This document shows positions 9,231-19,047 of a stretch of 32,000 nucleotides of DNA, piece by piece (positions within the stretch are counted from its first letter, which is position 1; every line of letters starts with the position of its first letter). The notes under the pieces were generated by a model that saw only the letters and a list, made by a program, of their open reading frames with translations, had not been told where the DNA came from and did no database searches. The DNA is taken from NCBI GenBank assembly GCA_005191425.1, contig SUPR01000006.1:31371-63370 (forward strand), given 5' to 3'. Origin of the DNA: Candidatus Helarchaeota ASGARD archaeon Hel_GB_B (GTDB lineage Archaea > Asgardarchaeota > Lokiarchaeia > Helarchaeales > HEL-GB-B). Both the position numbers and the translations under genes were made by a program.

Positions 9231-10421
9231 TTAAACTAGATTTTCGACTCTTTTAGTATAGTCTAAATAATTTTTAGATTTATAATAATCAAACATTTCT
9301 TCTACAGCTTCTTCAAATGTTTTTTTTGGGATATAATCCAATTCATTTTTAGCCTTCTTGGCGGTATAAAAACTTAGAAAACTTCCCGCCTTAACTGTAG
9401 ACCGGCTCATTATTTCCGTTTGATTGAAAAGTTCCGATATTAATCCTACGAACCATCCTAAACGTTTTCCAATACCTAGAGAGGGGAATTTAATTTTACG
9501 ATCAGAAACTTTAGACTGAATTACTTTTGTAATAATAGAAAGCATATCTTTCATAGTCCTATTGTCTTCGTCTTTACCAGTAATTATATATCGTTCTCCC
9601 AATTTTCCTTTAAGTAATGCTAAAAAATGACCCCTTGCTACATCATCAACATGAGCTAATGGATAACCACCACATTTTATATATCCCGGCATTGAATTAT
9701 GATAAATTCTAAGAAGATATAGACCATTTCCAATCAAATCATCGCCAGGACCAAAACTCGTCCCAGGTAGTATACTGACAACAGGGAGGTTATTTTCTTT
9801 ATAGAACAGATTAACCAATTCTTGAGCTGCCAGTTTAGAGTCAAAATATCCAATTTTTATTTTATTCCACCATTTTTTAATTTTGTTTTTGTGAACAGAT
9901 TCGATAAAATTTAAAGTTTCATCTTTAGAATTAAAAATATGATTTTTAGGAACTTTTTTTCCAATTTCAGGGCGTTCATCTACATAAGGACTGGTATTTT
10001 CATTGCCAAGACTTCCAATTGGATATGGACAACCGAGAGTATTTACAGTACTAGTGTATATGACCTTTTTAATGTCATTTTCTAAAGAAAGTTTCATAAT
10101 ATTTCTAGTACCTTCAACATTAACCAGCCATTGAAGACGTTTTTTCTTGATATCCATAGAAGTATTTCCTGCAAAATGAAAAACAAAATCGACTCCTTTA
10201 AATGCAGGAGATAACATTTTTTTATCTAAAATATCTGCGGGAAAAAGTTTTACCTTAATGTCATTAATTGAACTGGTCAAAGAATTTGGATAATAGACTA
10301 CCTTAATATTAGAAGGATTAATACCATTTAATATTAATTGCCTGATTAATCTAGAGCCTATAAATCCAGTTCCTCCAATTATTAAAAACTTTTTATCTAT
10401 TAAATCATTTATTGATTTCAC
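9231..10421 (-). CDS. NAD-dependent epimerase/dehydratase (extended SDR, dihydroflavonol-reductase-like)
   Basis: GGTGFIG Rossmann motif, VFHFAG, VNVEGT, YTST, catalytic YFDSK (YxxxK), HVDDVARGH. Confidence 0.9.
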   Translation of the reverse strand: MKSINDLIDKKFLIIGGTGFIGSRLIRQLILNGINPSNIKVVYYPNSLTSSINDIKVKLFPADILDKKMLSPAFKGVDFVFHFAGNTSMDIKKKRLQWLVNVEGTRNIMKLSLENDIKKVIYTSTVNTLGCPYPIGSLGNENTSPYVDERPEIGKKVPKNHIFNSKDETLNFIESVHKNKIKKWWNKIKIGYFDSKLAAQELVNLFYKENNLPVVSILPGTSFGPGDDLIGNGLYLLRIYHNSMPGYIKCGGYPLAHVDDVARGHFLALLKGKLGERYIITGKDEDNRTMKDMLSIITKVIQSKVSDRKIKFPSLGIGKRLGWFVGLISELFNQTEIMSRSTVKAGSFLSFYTAKKAKNELDYIPKKTFEEAVEEMFDYYKSKNYLDYTKRVENLV

Positions 10422-10555
10422 AATAAATAAATAATTAATTTATAATTTATTTTTGTTGATCAAATAGTTTTTAACCAAATTTTTAATCTATAAAAAGAAA
10501 GAATGAAAAAAGATCAATTAAAATGTAAAAAAAGATAATTTAGAGTGATTTTAAA

Positions 10556-11713
10556 ATGTCATTAATGCCAATTAAAGTTCCAATCATTTATCATGGAAAA
10601 GGTTCGTTAAAACAATTAAAATCGATGAAACAGAAAAAAGTTTTAATTGTTACAGATAAAATCATAAGGGATATTCATGGGGATATGATTGAGAAATATC
10701 TTAAGAAGAAGGTATTTGCTTATTTTGATGAGGTTGAACCGGATCCAAAAGATAAAACGATAATTAAAGGCGGCGATTTTGCTAGAGAATTTAAGCCGGA
10801 TTTGATTTTAGGGATTGGTGGCGGATCGGTAATGGACAGTGCAAAAGCTATTTATTTTTTATATGAGCGAGAGGACAAAACATTATATGAATGTGATCCG
10901 ATATCATATTTAGGACTAGGTAAAAAGTCAAAATTAATTTTAGTTCCCACTACATCAGGTACTGGATCTGAGAATACACTAGCTGCAGTTATAACAAATA
11001 CACAAACAGGACAAAAGGTAGTAATTGCATCTCAAGAACTTCTTCCAGTCGCAATTATTTTAGACCCCAAACTTCCATTAAAAATGCCTCAAAGATTAAC
11101 AGTTTCGACAGGGGTTGATGCAATTGTCCATGCAGTTGAAGGTATTATCAATAAAATGAATAATGATTTTACTGAAGGATTAAATATACATGCACTTAAA
11201 TTACTATTCGAATATCTTCCACAAGCAGCAGGAGATGGTGCAAACGACCTAAAAGTTAGAGAGAAGGTCCATAATGCAGCATCTATTGCAGGCATTGGGT
11301 TTGGAAATTCAAATTGTGGTATTGCACATTCTTGTGGCCATGCACTGGGTGCTGTACATCATATTCAACACGGGATTGCCGTAGGTACAATGCTACCATT
11401 TGTTTTGGAATTTAATAAACTTGTTAGCGAAAAAAAATACACAGATATACTTAATAGTCTCAATATTCCTATTAATGATAGCCCAACAAATACATTGGTT
11501 AACTTTATTAGAGATTTTATCAAAAAGCTGGGGCTTCCTCTTTCGTTAAAAGAACTCGGTATTTCTCAATCGGATTGGGATCAAAATTTAGACAGATTAG
11601 TAGAATTTGCTAAAACTGATGTAGTAGCAGTCTTTAACCCAAGATCCACTTCAGAAGAAGAATTTAAAAAGATTTTTGAACATGCATGGGAAGGAAAAAA
11701 AATCGATTTCTAA
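10556..11713 (+). CDS. Iron-containing alcohol dehydrogenase
   Basis: GIGGGSVMDSAK, PTTSGTGSE, and metal ligands in DAIVH, AHSCGH and QHG. Confidence 0.93.
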   Translation: MSLMPIKVPIIYHGKGSLKQLKSMKQKKVLIVTDKIIRDIHGDMIEKYLKKKVFAYFDEVEPDPKDKTIIKGGDFAREFKPDLILGIGGGSVMDSAKAIYFLYEREDKTLYECDPISYLGLGKKSKLILVPTTSGTGSENTLAAVITNTQTGQKVVIASQELLPVAIILDPKLPLKMPQRLTVSTGVDAIVHAVEGIINKMNNDFTEGLNIHALKLLFEYLPQAAGDGANDLKVREKVHNAASIAGIGFGNSNCGIAHSCGHALGAVHHIQHGIAVGTMLPFVLEFNKLVSEKKYTDILNSLNIPINDSPTNTLVNFIRDFIKKLGLPLSLKELGISQSDWDQNLDRLVEFAKTDVVAVFNPRSTSEEEFKKIFEHAWEGKKIDF

Positions 11714-11844
11714 AGAATACTATTTTTTTTATTTTTTGGTATCTCATTATTAAAATTTAATTTTTATCAAATTGTAATCATTAATTATAAACTATTTCAT
11801 CTAAACTGTTTATTCTGATTATTTACTTTTAAAATTAACATAAT

Positions 11845-12438
11845 TTATAATCCAGAATAACTTAAACCTATAAATAATATATATTGAATATATGGAAACA
11901 AGAAAATTGTAATTATAACTACAATTATCCCAAGTAAAAAGCCAATAAGAACATCTGTTGGAAAATGTACACCTAAATAAACGCGACTAAAACCAATAAA
12001 TAAAGCAAGAATTATCCAAAATATAATAAACGATATTTGAAAAATACCAGAAGAATATAAAGCAAAAGAAAATAGATATTCCATAGAAAACATGGCATGT
12101 CCACTTGGAAATGATGAATTGCTCTTAGCTTTCATAATATCGCGTTTGTTAATTTTACATTTTGGATAAGGCGAGACAAATGGTCTCCTTCTTTTAAAGA
12201 AAAATTTGCTGGGAAGCTCAATGAACAGATCAATTACCATAGTTGATAAAAGAAATTGTATTAAAACGCTATTTCTAAAAAATAAAATAAATAAAATACC
12301 CCAAATTGGTAGCCAAATGATATTTGAACACAAATGAGTAAAAATTTTAATCACCCATTGTAAAAAGGACGGAATTTGTAAATTGTAAATTTTACAGATC
12401 CATTTGGCATCCCAATTTTTGATATTTTTTAAATTCAT
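11845..12438 (-). CDS. PAP2-family membrane phosphatase
   Basis: C1 KFFFKRRRP, C2 FPSGH, C3 SRVYLGVHFPTDV; several TM helices. Overlaps the tgt 3' end by 47 bp. Confidence 0.9.
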   Translation of the reverse strand: MNLKNIKNWDAKWICKIYNLQIPSFLQWVIKIFTHLCSNIIWLPIWGILFILFFRNSVLIQFLLSTMVIDLFIELPSKFFFKRRRPFVSPYPKCKINKRDIMKAKSNSSFPSGHAMFSMEYLFSFALYSSGIFQISFIIFWIILALFIGFSRVYLGVHFPTDVLIGFLLGIIVVIITIFLFPYIQYILFIGLSYSGL

Positions 12439-13570
12439 TACTTTTATTCCTAAACCATTTTTTTAAAAAGCTTTTTTTGAAATCAAGGAAAGTGCCATTC
12501 CGAATAGAATCCCGTATTTTCCTAGAAAGATCAATTATAAAATGGACATTATGTAATACCATTAATCTTTTACCAAGAGGTTCGTCCGATTTAAATAAAT
12601 GATTAATATATCCTTTGGAATAATTTTTACAAACAAAGCAATTGCAATCAATGTCAATAGGATTTTTATCTCTGGCATAACATCTTTTTGTAATTTTAAT
12701 AAGACCTTCTGATGTAAATGCACTACGATGTCTTCCAGTCCTTGTAGGATATACTGAATCATATAGGTCAATGCCGCGCGAAACAGATTCAAAAATTAAT
12801 TCAGGTGTTCCTATACCCATTAAATATCTTAAACGAGATTTTGGTAAGTTTCGATTTACAACATCTAACATTTTATAGGTAATTTCTTTGGGTTCTCCTA
12901 CACTAAGACCACCGATTGCTATACCAGGAGTTTGTAATTCAGTAGTTTTTTTTGCACTATATTCTCTTAAATCATCAAAAGTACCACCTTGAACAATCGG
13001 AAATAATATTTGTGAAGATTTTCCTTCGTGAAACTTTTTACATCGATCTGCCCATTTTAATGTCCTAAGCATTGATTTTTTCATGTATTCATAATTTTTT
13101 CCATATAAAGTACATTCGTCAAATGCCATAATAATATCTGCGCCGATTTTATGCTGAATACGCATAGACTCTTCAGGTGTCCATTTAAATATTTGATTAT
13201 TAAGCGGATTTCTAAAGGCAATGAAATCATCAGTAATTTTTTTAAAATATCTTGGTTTTTGTACCTGAAATCCACCTGAATCAGAAATAATTGGCTTACT
13301 CCAATTCATGAATTTATGAATTCCGCCATACTCTTCAATTACTTCGACTCCTGGGTTAAAAAATAGGTGTAGTGCATTGGTAATTATTATTTGTGCCCCA
13401 ATTTCTGAAATTTCTTTTGAATGTAGCATTTTAACTGCCCCTTTTGTAGCCACAGGTATAAATGCTGGAGTTTCAATTATCCCGCGATTGGTAATGATTT
13501 TTCCTAATCTGGCATCTGTTTTTTCATCATTTTTAATTATTTCAAATCTAAACAATGAATTTACCTTCAA
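12392..13570 (-). CDS. tgt: tRNA-guanine transglycosylase, bacterial (queuosine-pathway) type
   Basis: TPAFIPVAT, DSGGFQ, MAFDEC, VQGG, GGLSVGE, YLMGIG, DSVYPTR and Zn site CNCFVC...H. 392 aa with no PUA extension. Confidence 0.9.
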   Translation of the reverse strand: MKVNSLFRFEIIKNDEKTDARLGKIITNRGIIETPAFIPVATKGAVKMLHSKEISEIGAQIIITNALHLFFNPGVEVIEEYGGIHKFMNWSKPIISDSGGFQVQKPRYFKKITDDFIAFRNPLNNQIFKWTPEESMRIQHKIGADIIMAFDECTLYGKNYEYMKKSMLRTLKWADRCKKFHEGKSSQILFPIVQGGTFDDLREYSAKKTTELQTPGIAIGGLSVGEPKEITYKMLDVVNRNLPKSRLRYLMGIGTPELIFESVSRGIDLYDSVYPTRTGRHRSAFTSEGLIKITKRCYARDKNPIDIDCNCFVCKNYSKGYINHLFKSDEPLGKRLMVLHNVHFIIDLSRKIRDSIRNGTFLDFKKSFLKKWFRNKSNEFKKYQKLGCQMDL

Positions 13571-13749
13571 ATAAATCGAATCAATATTTGAGAATCAAGA
13601 ATGTAAGAATGATGAAAAAGTAAAATATTTAAACATTATAATTTCTAAAAATATTTCTAATAACTATTAAAAACATAAATTATATTAGATATTCTATTTT
13701 TAAAAGAATATTAAAATTATATAGAAAAGAATATAATAGAAAGAAAATT

Positions 13750-14934
13750 TTAAGGTTTTTTATTTGTAAATATATTGACGCAGCCAATTGCTAGTGGCCC
13801 ACCAAGGTTATGTTGTAGTCCTATTTCGGCGCCATCAACTTGTCTTTTTCTAGCTTCATTCCGAAGTTGAAACCAATTTTCACATATTTGTCCAATACCT
13901 GTTGCACCAATTGGATGGCCTTTGGCTTTTAACCCACCACTTGTATTTACTGGAAGTCGTCCACCCAAGCATACTTCACCTTCAGTTATTAATTTACCAG
14001 CTTCACCAGGTTTACAGAACCCTAAATCTTCATAATCAAGTAATTCTGTAAACGTAAAACAATCATGGACTTCCGCAAAATCTAAATCTTTAGGTTCTAT
14101 TTTAGCCATTTTATAAGCTTCTTTAGCAGCCATTACTGTTGCTAAAGCAGAGGTTAACGATTGGCGATTTGGGATCCAATAAACATCTGCAGATTGCCCA
14201 GTCCCTAATAGATAAATTGGAGAATCAGTATATTTTTTAGCTAATTCAGCTTTACAGAGTATTACCATTGCAGCGCCATCTGTTTGTGGACAACAGTCAA
14301 AAAGTCTGAAAGGATAAGATACAAGTGGAGCTGTACTCGCTTGTTCTTCGGTTATTTCAAACATAAAATGAGAATATGGACATAGAGAGCCATTATGATG
14401 ATTCTTTACAGCTACTTTAGACATATATGTCCTCAATTTTTCATCACTTGCATATTTTTTAGCCCATGCGTTAGCATACATTGCAAAATAGGAAGGAGCA
14501 ATTAGACCACGGTTTAATACTTGCTCTCTACCTGCCACATATCGGAGAAAGTTTTGTGGCTCTTTTTCTCGCATTTTTTCAGCACCTACAGCAATTGCAA
14601 CATCATATACCCCAGAAGCAACAGCAAAAGCCGCATTTCTAAAAGCATCTGAACCTGTAGCACATGCATTTTCGACTCTTGTAACTGGCTTTAATTTCAA
14701 ATATGGAAGTGCAGTTATTAGACCAGCGCCAGATAAGACATCTCGTTGAGCAGAAATTCCACCCATACATGTCCCAATCCAAGCGGCCTCGACTTCTTTT
14801 TCTATATCTATTCCTTTATCTACACTATCAATACAAGCGTTCGCTGCCATTCCTATTAGGTCGTAATAACTTTTATCAAATAATTCGCCAAATTTTATAA
14901 GTCCTGCACCAATAATAGCTACTTTACCGCGCAT
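13750..14934 (-). CDS. Thiolase (archaeal/SCP-x type acetyl-CoA acyltransferase)
   Basis: ENACATG (Cys91), DCCPQTDGAA, EVHDCF, GHPIGATG and HNLGG are all intact. Confidence 0.93.
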   Translation of the reverse strand: MRGKVAIIGAGLIKFGELFDKSYYDLIGMAANACIDSVDKGIDIEKEVEAAWIGTCMGGISAQRDVLSGAGLITALPYLKLKPVTRVENACATGSDAFRNAAFAVASGVYDVAIAVGAEKMREKEPQNFLRYVAGREQVLNRGLIAPSYFAMYANAWAKKYASDEKLRTYMSKVAVKNHHNGSLCPYSHFMFEITEEQASTAPLVSYPFRLFDCCPQTDGAAMVILCKAELAKKYTDSPIYLLGTGQSADVYWIPNRQSLTSALATVMAAKEAYKMAKIEPKDLDFAEVHDCFTFTELLDYEDLGFCKPGEAGKLITEGEVCLGGRLPVNTSGGLKAKGHPIGATGIGQICENWFQLRNEARKRQVDGAEIGLQHNLGGPLAIGCVNIFTNKKP

Positions 14935-15333
14935 TTATTTTTCCTCCTTTTTTAATGGTCTGATTTTAGGCCCATAATAATTTAGTCCATCTTTTGTTGA
15001 CATCCTTCTAATAACAATTTCAATTGGCATCCCGATTTCAATATCTTTCTCCGATTCAATTTCTGTAAATTGCGTCATCAACCTTCCACCACCGTCCATC
15101 TCTATAACACCTTGTCCTAGAGGTCTATCGAATTCATCAGGCATATAATAATTTACAATATATGTTAGAACTCGTCCAGTACGAGCAAGTTGTACCTCCT
15201 CAAGTTCTTCACTCCCGCATTCTATACATTTTAATGTTTTAGGATAATTAACTCTCTCACATCTTTTACATTTGTACCCTTTAAACTGTAAATATGCATT
15301 CTTTTGTCTCCAAACATAGGGTAAATCGGTCAA
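14935..15333 (-). CDS. DUF35-family Zn-ribbon/OB-fold protein (thiolase partner)
   Basis: CKRC..YP...CIEC rubredoxin-like ribbon, then G.V..Y and OB-fold IGMPIE.VIRR. Abuts the thiolase start with a 0-nt gap. Confidence 0.92.
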   Translation of the reverse strand: MTDLPYVWRQKNAYLQFKGYKCKRCERVNYPKTLKCIECGSEELEEVQLARTGRVLTYIVNYYMPDEFDRPLGQGVIEMDGGGRLMTQFTEIESEKDIEIGMPIEIVIRRMSTKDGLNYYGPKIRPLKKEEK

Positions 15334-15350
15334 TTTTATCTTTAACTCCT

Positions 15351-16355
15351 TTATATTTGTCCTAAAAATTGTAAATATTTTGAATAATTTACTATTATTT
15401 TATTTTCTATAAAATATTGGACAGGAGGATTACTTCTGAAGGTCTTTATATTATCTGTAACTTTTAGACTTATTGCCTGGCTTCCTCCAGAACTATAAGC
15501 AACAATTAATATTTCATCACCAGAATTAGCAGAGTCCAAGACTTTAGCAAGCCCAATAAAAACAGAGGCAGCCCCCAGGTCTCCAAAATAATTGGCAATA
15601 TTTCCTTCTTTTAGTTTGTTTTTATCAAATTTCATACTCTTCGCAATATATTCAGGAGCTTTTCCATTGGGTTGCTGTATAACTATATGTTTAAAGTCAT
15701 TTAAATCTTTATTAGTACTCTCTAAAAGCCCAAGAATAGCATTTTTAATTGAGGGGATAAACCCAAATTCCCTTGTAAATCGCTCATCGCCGACTTTATA
15801 ATCCGAATTAACGCCTTTCCAACGATCTGAAATTTCTATAGAATATGAATAATTACCAGTAATTGATGCTACTGGATTATCATTCCCAATTAAAATGGAA
15901 ATTGCTCCAGCACCAAGAGACCTTTCTAGAACTGAACCAGGTCTTGATTTTAAACAATCTGAAATTATTATTAAACCATTTGAATTTGTATTAAAGACCA
16001 TATTTTTACAATTTATTAACGCCATTGCCCCTGCTTGAGCAGACCCACCAAAATCACTTGTAAAAACATTTTCATTAAGTCCTAACATGGAAACTAATAA
16101 AGTAGATACTGGCTTGTCAATATATGGCGATGAAATACTTGCAAAATATAAAGAACCAATTGTAGTCAAGTTAAGTTCTAAATTATTTAATAGATTTAAT
16201 GCAGATGCTAACCCCATTGATATTGAATCTTCATCCTTATAAGGAACTGATTTCTCATTGATACCAGAAGCACTTAATCCCCATATTGCTCGAATTTCTT
16301 TACTTGTTATTCGATAACGGGGGATGTATATTTGATAACCAATAATTCCTGTCAT
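15351..16355 (-). CDS. HMG-CoA synthase-like (KAS III fold) protein lacking catalytic residues; PhlA-like
   Basis: Colinear with archaeal HMGS (GI.GY..YIPRYRI, EKSVP..DED, PY..KP, GAGA, QPNGK, IVNY.KY), but the Glu/Cys/His/Asn positions read I74, A106, Q227 and D259. Confidence 0.85.
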   Translation of the reverse strand: MTGIIGYQIYIPRYRITSKEIRAIWGLSASGINEKSVPYKDEDSISMGLASALNLLNNLELNLTTIGSLYFASISSPYIDKPVSTLLVSMLGLNENVFTSDFGGSAQAGAMALINCKNMVFNTNSNGLIIISDCLKSRPGSVLERSLGAGAISILIGNDNPVASITGNYSYSIEISDRWKGVNSDYKVGDERFTREFGFIPSIKNAILGLLESTNKDLNDFKHIVIQQPNGKAPEYIAKSMKFDKNKLKEGNIANYFGDLGAASVFIGLAKVLDSANSGDEILIVAYSSGGSQAISLKVTDNIKTFRSNPPVQYFIENKIIVNYSKYLQFLGQI

Positions 16356-16799
16356 AATATTTCACTTAATTTTTTTTCTAATTCATTGTAATTTTTGATA
16401 AAAATATTTTGTTTCATAAATTAAAATATATTTAAAATAATTAAATCTATCAAGAATAAGTCCATCTTAATAAAAAATTTCTTTAAAATAAATTTTTTAA
16501 AAATATAATTGCAACTTAAAAAACCATAAATTTTCATATTTTTATTAATTTTGAAAATCTCTTAACTGAATAACCAAATAAATAAATTTTTATCAATTAT
16601 AATAATAATATGATTTTTTAATTTAAAATAATTAATTGAAAAAATTATTATTGTTAAAGAAAGTTCAGAACTTACAAAATTTCCCGAATTTCTTTAAATT
16701 AATTTCGCCTTGTTTGGACTAAATTAAATCATAAATATTACGAAAATGTTTATATATACAAAGCAAGTTCTCACTAATGCAATATTTTCGAAAAAATAA

Positions 16800-18437
16800 A
16801 TGAAGTTGGGTATAAAATAGGAAATATAGAAATATTTTTAGAAAATATATAATATTGGTAGCTTTATTTTTGGGTTTATTAATGATAATATCATCATTCA
16901 TTAATATAACAAATGTTCAATTACAAGGAAAACTGGTAACAATAGAAGTAAATAATAAAAAATGGGATGCTGGAGGAGTTCCACTCTGGAATTATTTTAT
17001 TAATGCCAAAAATATTGATTTTAAAGATATTGATAAAATGTTAGATCTTGGAAATGATGCAGTCGCAGAAATCGTAGTGGGTGGGATGAATATATCTTCC
17101 AATAAAGGTATTATATTAGTTCTAAATGGCTTAACTGGGGCAGTAGTCCGGATGAAACATGTTCCACATAAAGTCTCACAAATAATTGCAGTTCAAGATT
17201 ATACTGGAGATAGTCAACAAGAAATAGTTTTTTTTGATAATAATTATGATGTACATTGCTTAAATGGTATAAATGGAAGTTATATTTGGAATTTTAAAGG
17301 AACAGCAATAATATATTATATTTCAGAAGGAGATGATGCTAATAATGGTGGATATAGGGATATATTGGTTGAGTTTGGGCCATTACATAAATTGTTCTGC
17401 TTAAATGGTCTTAGCGGCATTGAAATTTGGAATTCTACCTTTACTGATCAAGTTGTTAAAGTAAAGAAATTCCAAGATGTTAATAGCGATGGAATAAGTG
17501 AAGTAATGGTCGGTTAGGGTTTCATTAATCCAACATTTGTTAGTCATCTATATGGAAATACTGGAACTAAAATTTAGAATGTTTCTACAAAAGACCAAGT
17601 TTATGACCTTATATCAGTTCCCGATATTGATAATGATGGATATAAAGATATAATATATTTAACATCGTCTATCGATCATCGAACTGTGGGTTTAAATTCT
17701 AGAACCGGAGCTGTAAAATGGAATGTAAGTGAACTGAAACAAGGAAATTCTCTTGAATATAATATTGATAATACGTTTTTTGATTGCGCAGGAAATTTAC
17801 GAAATACTATAGATGGATCAAAAATTTCAGATGTCGGATTGTTTGTAATACCCCACCTATTGTTTCAAATTTTAAAGGATTAGTTGCATCTGGAGATAAT
17901 TGGGGCAAAATTCATGTCAGAAGTATTCACAATGGAACAAGATTTATTTACAAAAAAGTAAGCGATTATCAAATAGAGGATTTAATAGCAAACATTGATG
18001 TTAATGAAAATGGTATAGACGATTTTATCTGGTCTGATAGTGGTGGAAGAGTTTCAGTTTTAAGTGGAGGCGTTGTTGGGCCAACATTAGGTTCACCAAA
18101 AGATAAAACAATAATTCGAGGCACTACAGGTAATGAAATTAAATGGTCTGTTATTACTAAATTACATAAATCACGAACAATAACTGAAAATAGACAATCT
18201 TATAGTTCAGGAAATTTAGTGGATGATACATTGACATTAAATATTGATAATTTGGGTTTAGGTGTTCACGTAATTAATTTAACAGTTACTGATAAATATG
18301 ATCTAATGAATTATGATATTGTCATGGTTAATGTTCAAAATATGCCCATCACGGCGGCAATTCCTGGATTTGAAGTACTATACGCATTTTTAGCGATAAT
18401 GTCTTTTGGATTATTATATATTTTCTTGAAAAAATGA
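16800..18437 (+). pseudogene. Disrupted secreted FG-GAP/PQQ-like beta-propeller + Ig-like domain surface protein with IPGF-TM-KK sorting signal
   Basis: One frame runs 16855-17883 through in-frame TAGs at 17515 and 17575, then shifts near 17835-17850 into the frame of ORF 17784-18437. Repeated DxxxDGxxD/E and LNG.(T/S)G..W motifs; C-terminal IPGFEVLYAFLAIMSFGLLYIFLKK. A likely original ATG at 16800 is out of frame by 1 nt. Confidence 0.75.
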
Positions 18438-18657
18438 TTTAAAATTTAAGATTTCTTATTAATTTTTTCTATTTTTTAATTGAATTTCTAAAACACATTA
18501 GAAAAATATTAAAAAGAAGTAAATGTAATTTATATCTACCGTAAATAAGAAAATCTAATGATATATTCCAGAATATAAAATTTGGAGATATTTCACAACT
18601 TTTTATAATAAAAAAAGTGGAAAATTTTTTAGAATTTAACTTTTACTTCTAAATAAT

Positions 18658-18870
18658 TTATTTTCCTTCATATTTAAATGAAAGTCTGGCTCTTACTCGG
18701 TAAAGAACTATTTTATTTTTGTCAATTTTTACATCCATTTCTACTACTTCTGCAATCCTAAGATCACGAAGAGTTTTTGATGCTTCATCGATTAAATTCT
18801 TCATAGCATCTTCCCAAGATTTCTCAGAAGAGCCTACTAATTCTATAATTTTATAAACACTTTCAGTCAA
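18658..18870 (-). CDS. Dodecin family protein
   Basis: VYKIIELVGSSEKSWEDAM..LIDEASKTLR.LR.AEV.EMDV.I......YRVRARLSFKYE is the dodecin consensus. A TTG at 18870 gives a typical 70-aa length (the track extends to 18906). Confidence 0.92.
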   Translation of the reverse strand: MTESVYKIIELVGSSEKSWEDAMKNLIDEASKTLRDLRIAEVVEMDVKIDKNKIVLYRVRARLSFKYEGK

Positions 18871-19047
18871 TTTTATCTTCTCACAACTTTTTGAAAATAA
18901 AAACAAAATAATATTGTGATATATTCTTATATTTATAATTTACTGAAAATTTAAGGAAAAATGCATTAATAAATTAAATTTAAAAAATTTATATTTAAAA
19001 ATAAAACAATTTAGAACTAAATATATGAAATCAAATGGACAAATCTT

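Noticed and set aside
12392-13570. Archaeosine TGT or DNA-modifying DpdA
   Set aside because: Motifs match bacterial tRNA TGT; no PUA domain and no dpd or restriction-modification neighbours.
15351-16355. Annotation as a functional mevalonate-pathway HMG-CoA synthase
   Set aside because: The catalytic Glu, Cys, His and Asn positions are all substituted.
17515-17577. Pyrrolysine read-through of the two in-frame TAG codons
   Set aside because: The second TAG sits at a conserved Trp position (TGG>TAG), and the gene also needs a frameshift that amber suppression cannot fix. No pyl genes are in the window. Not formally excluded.
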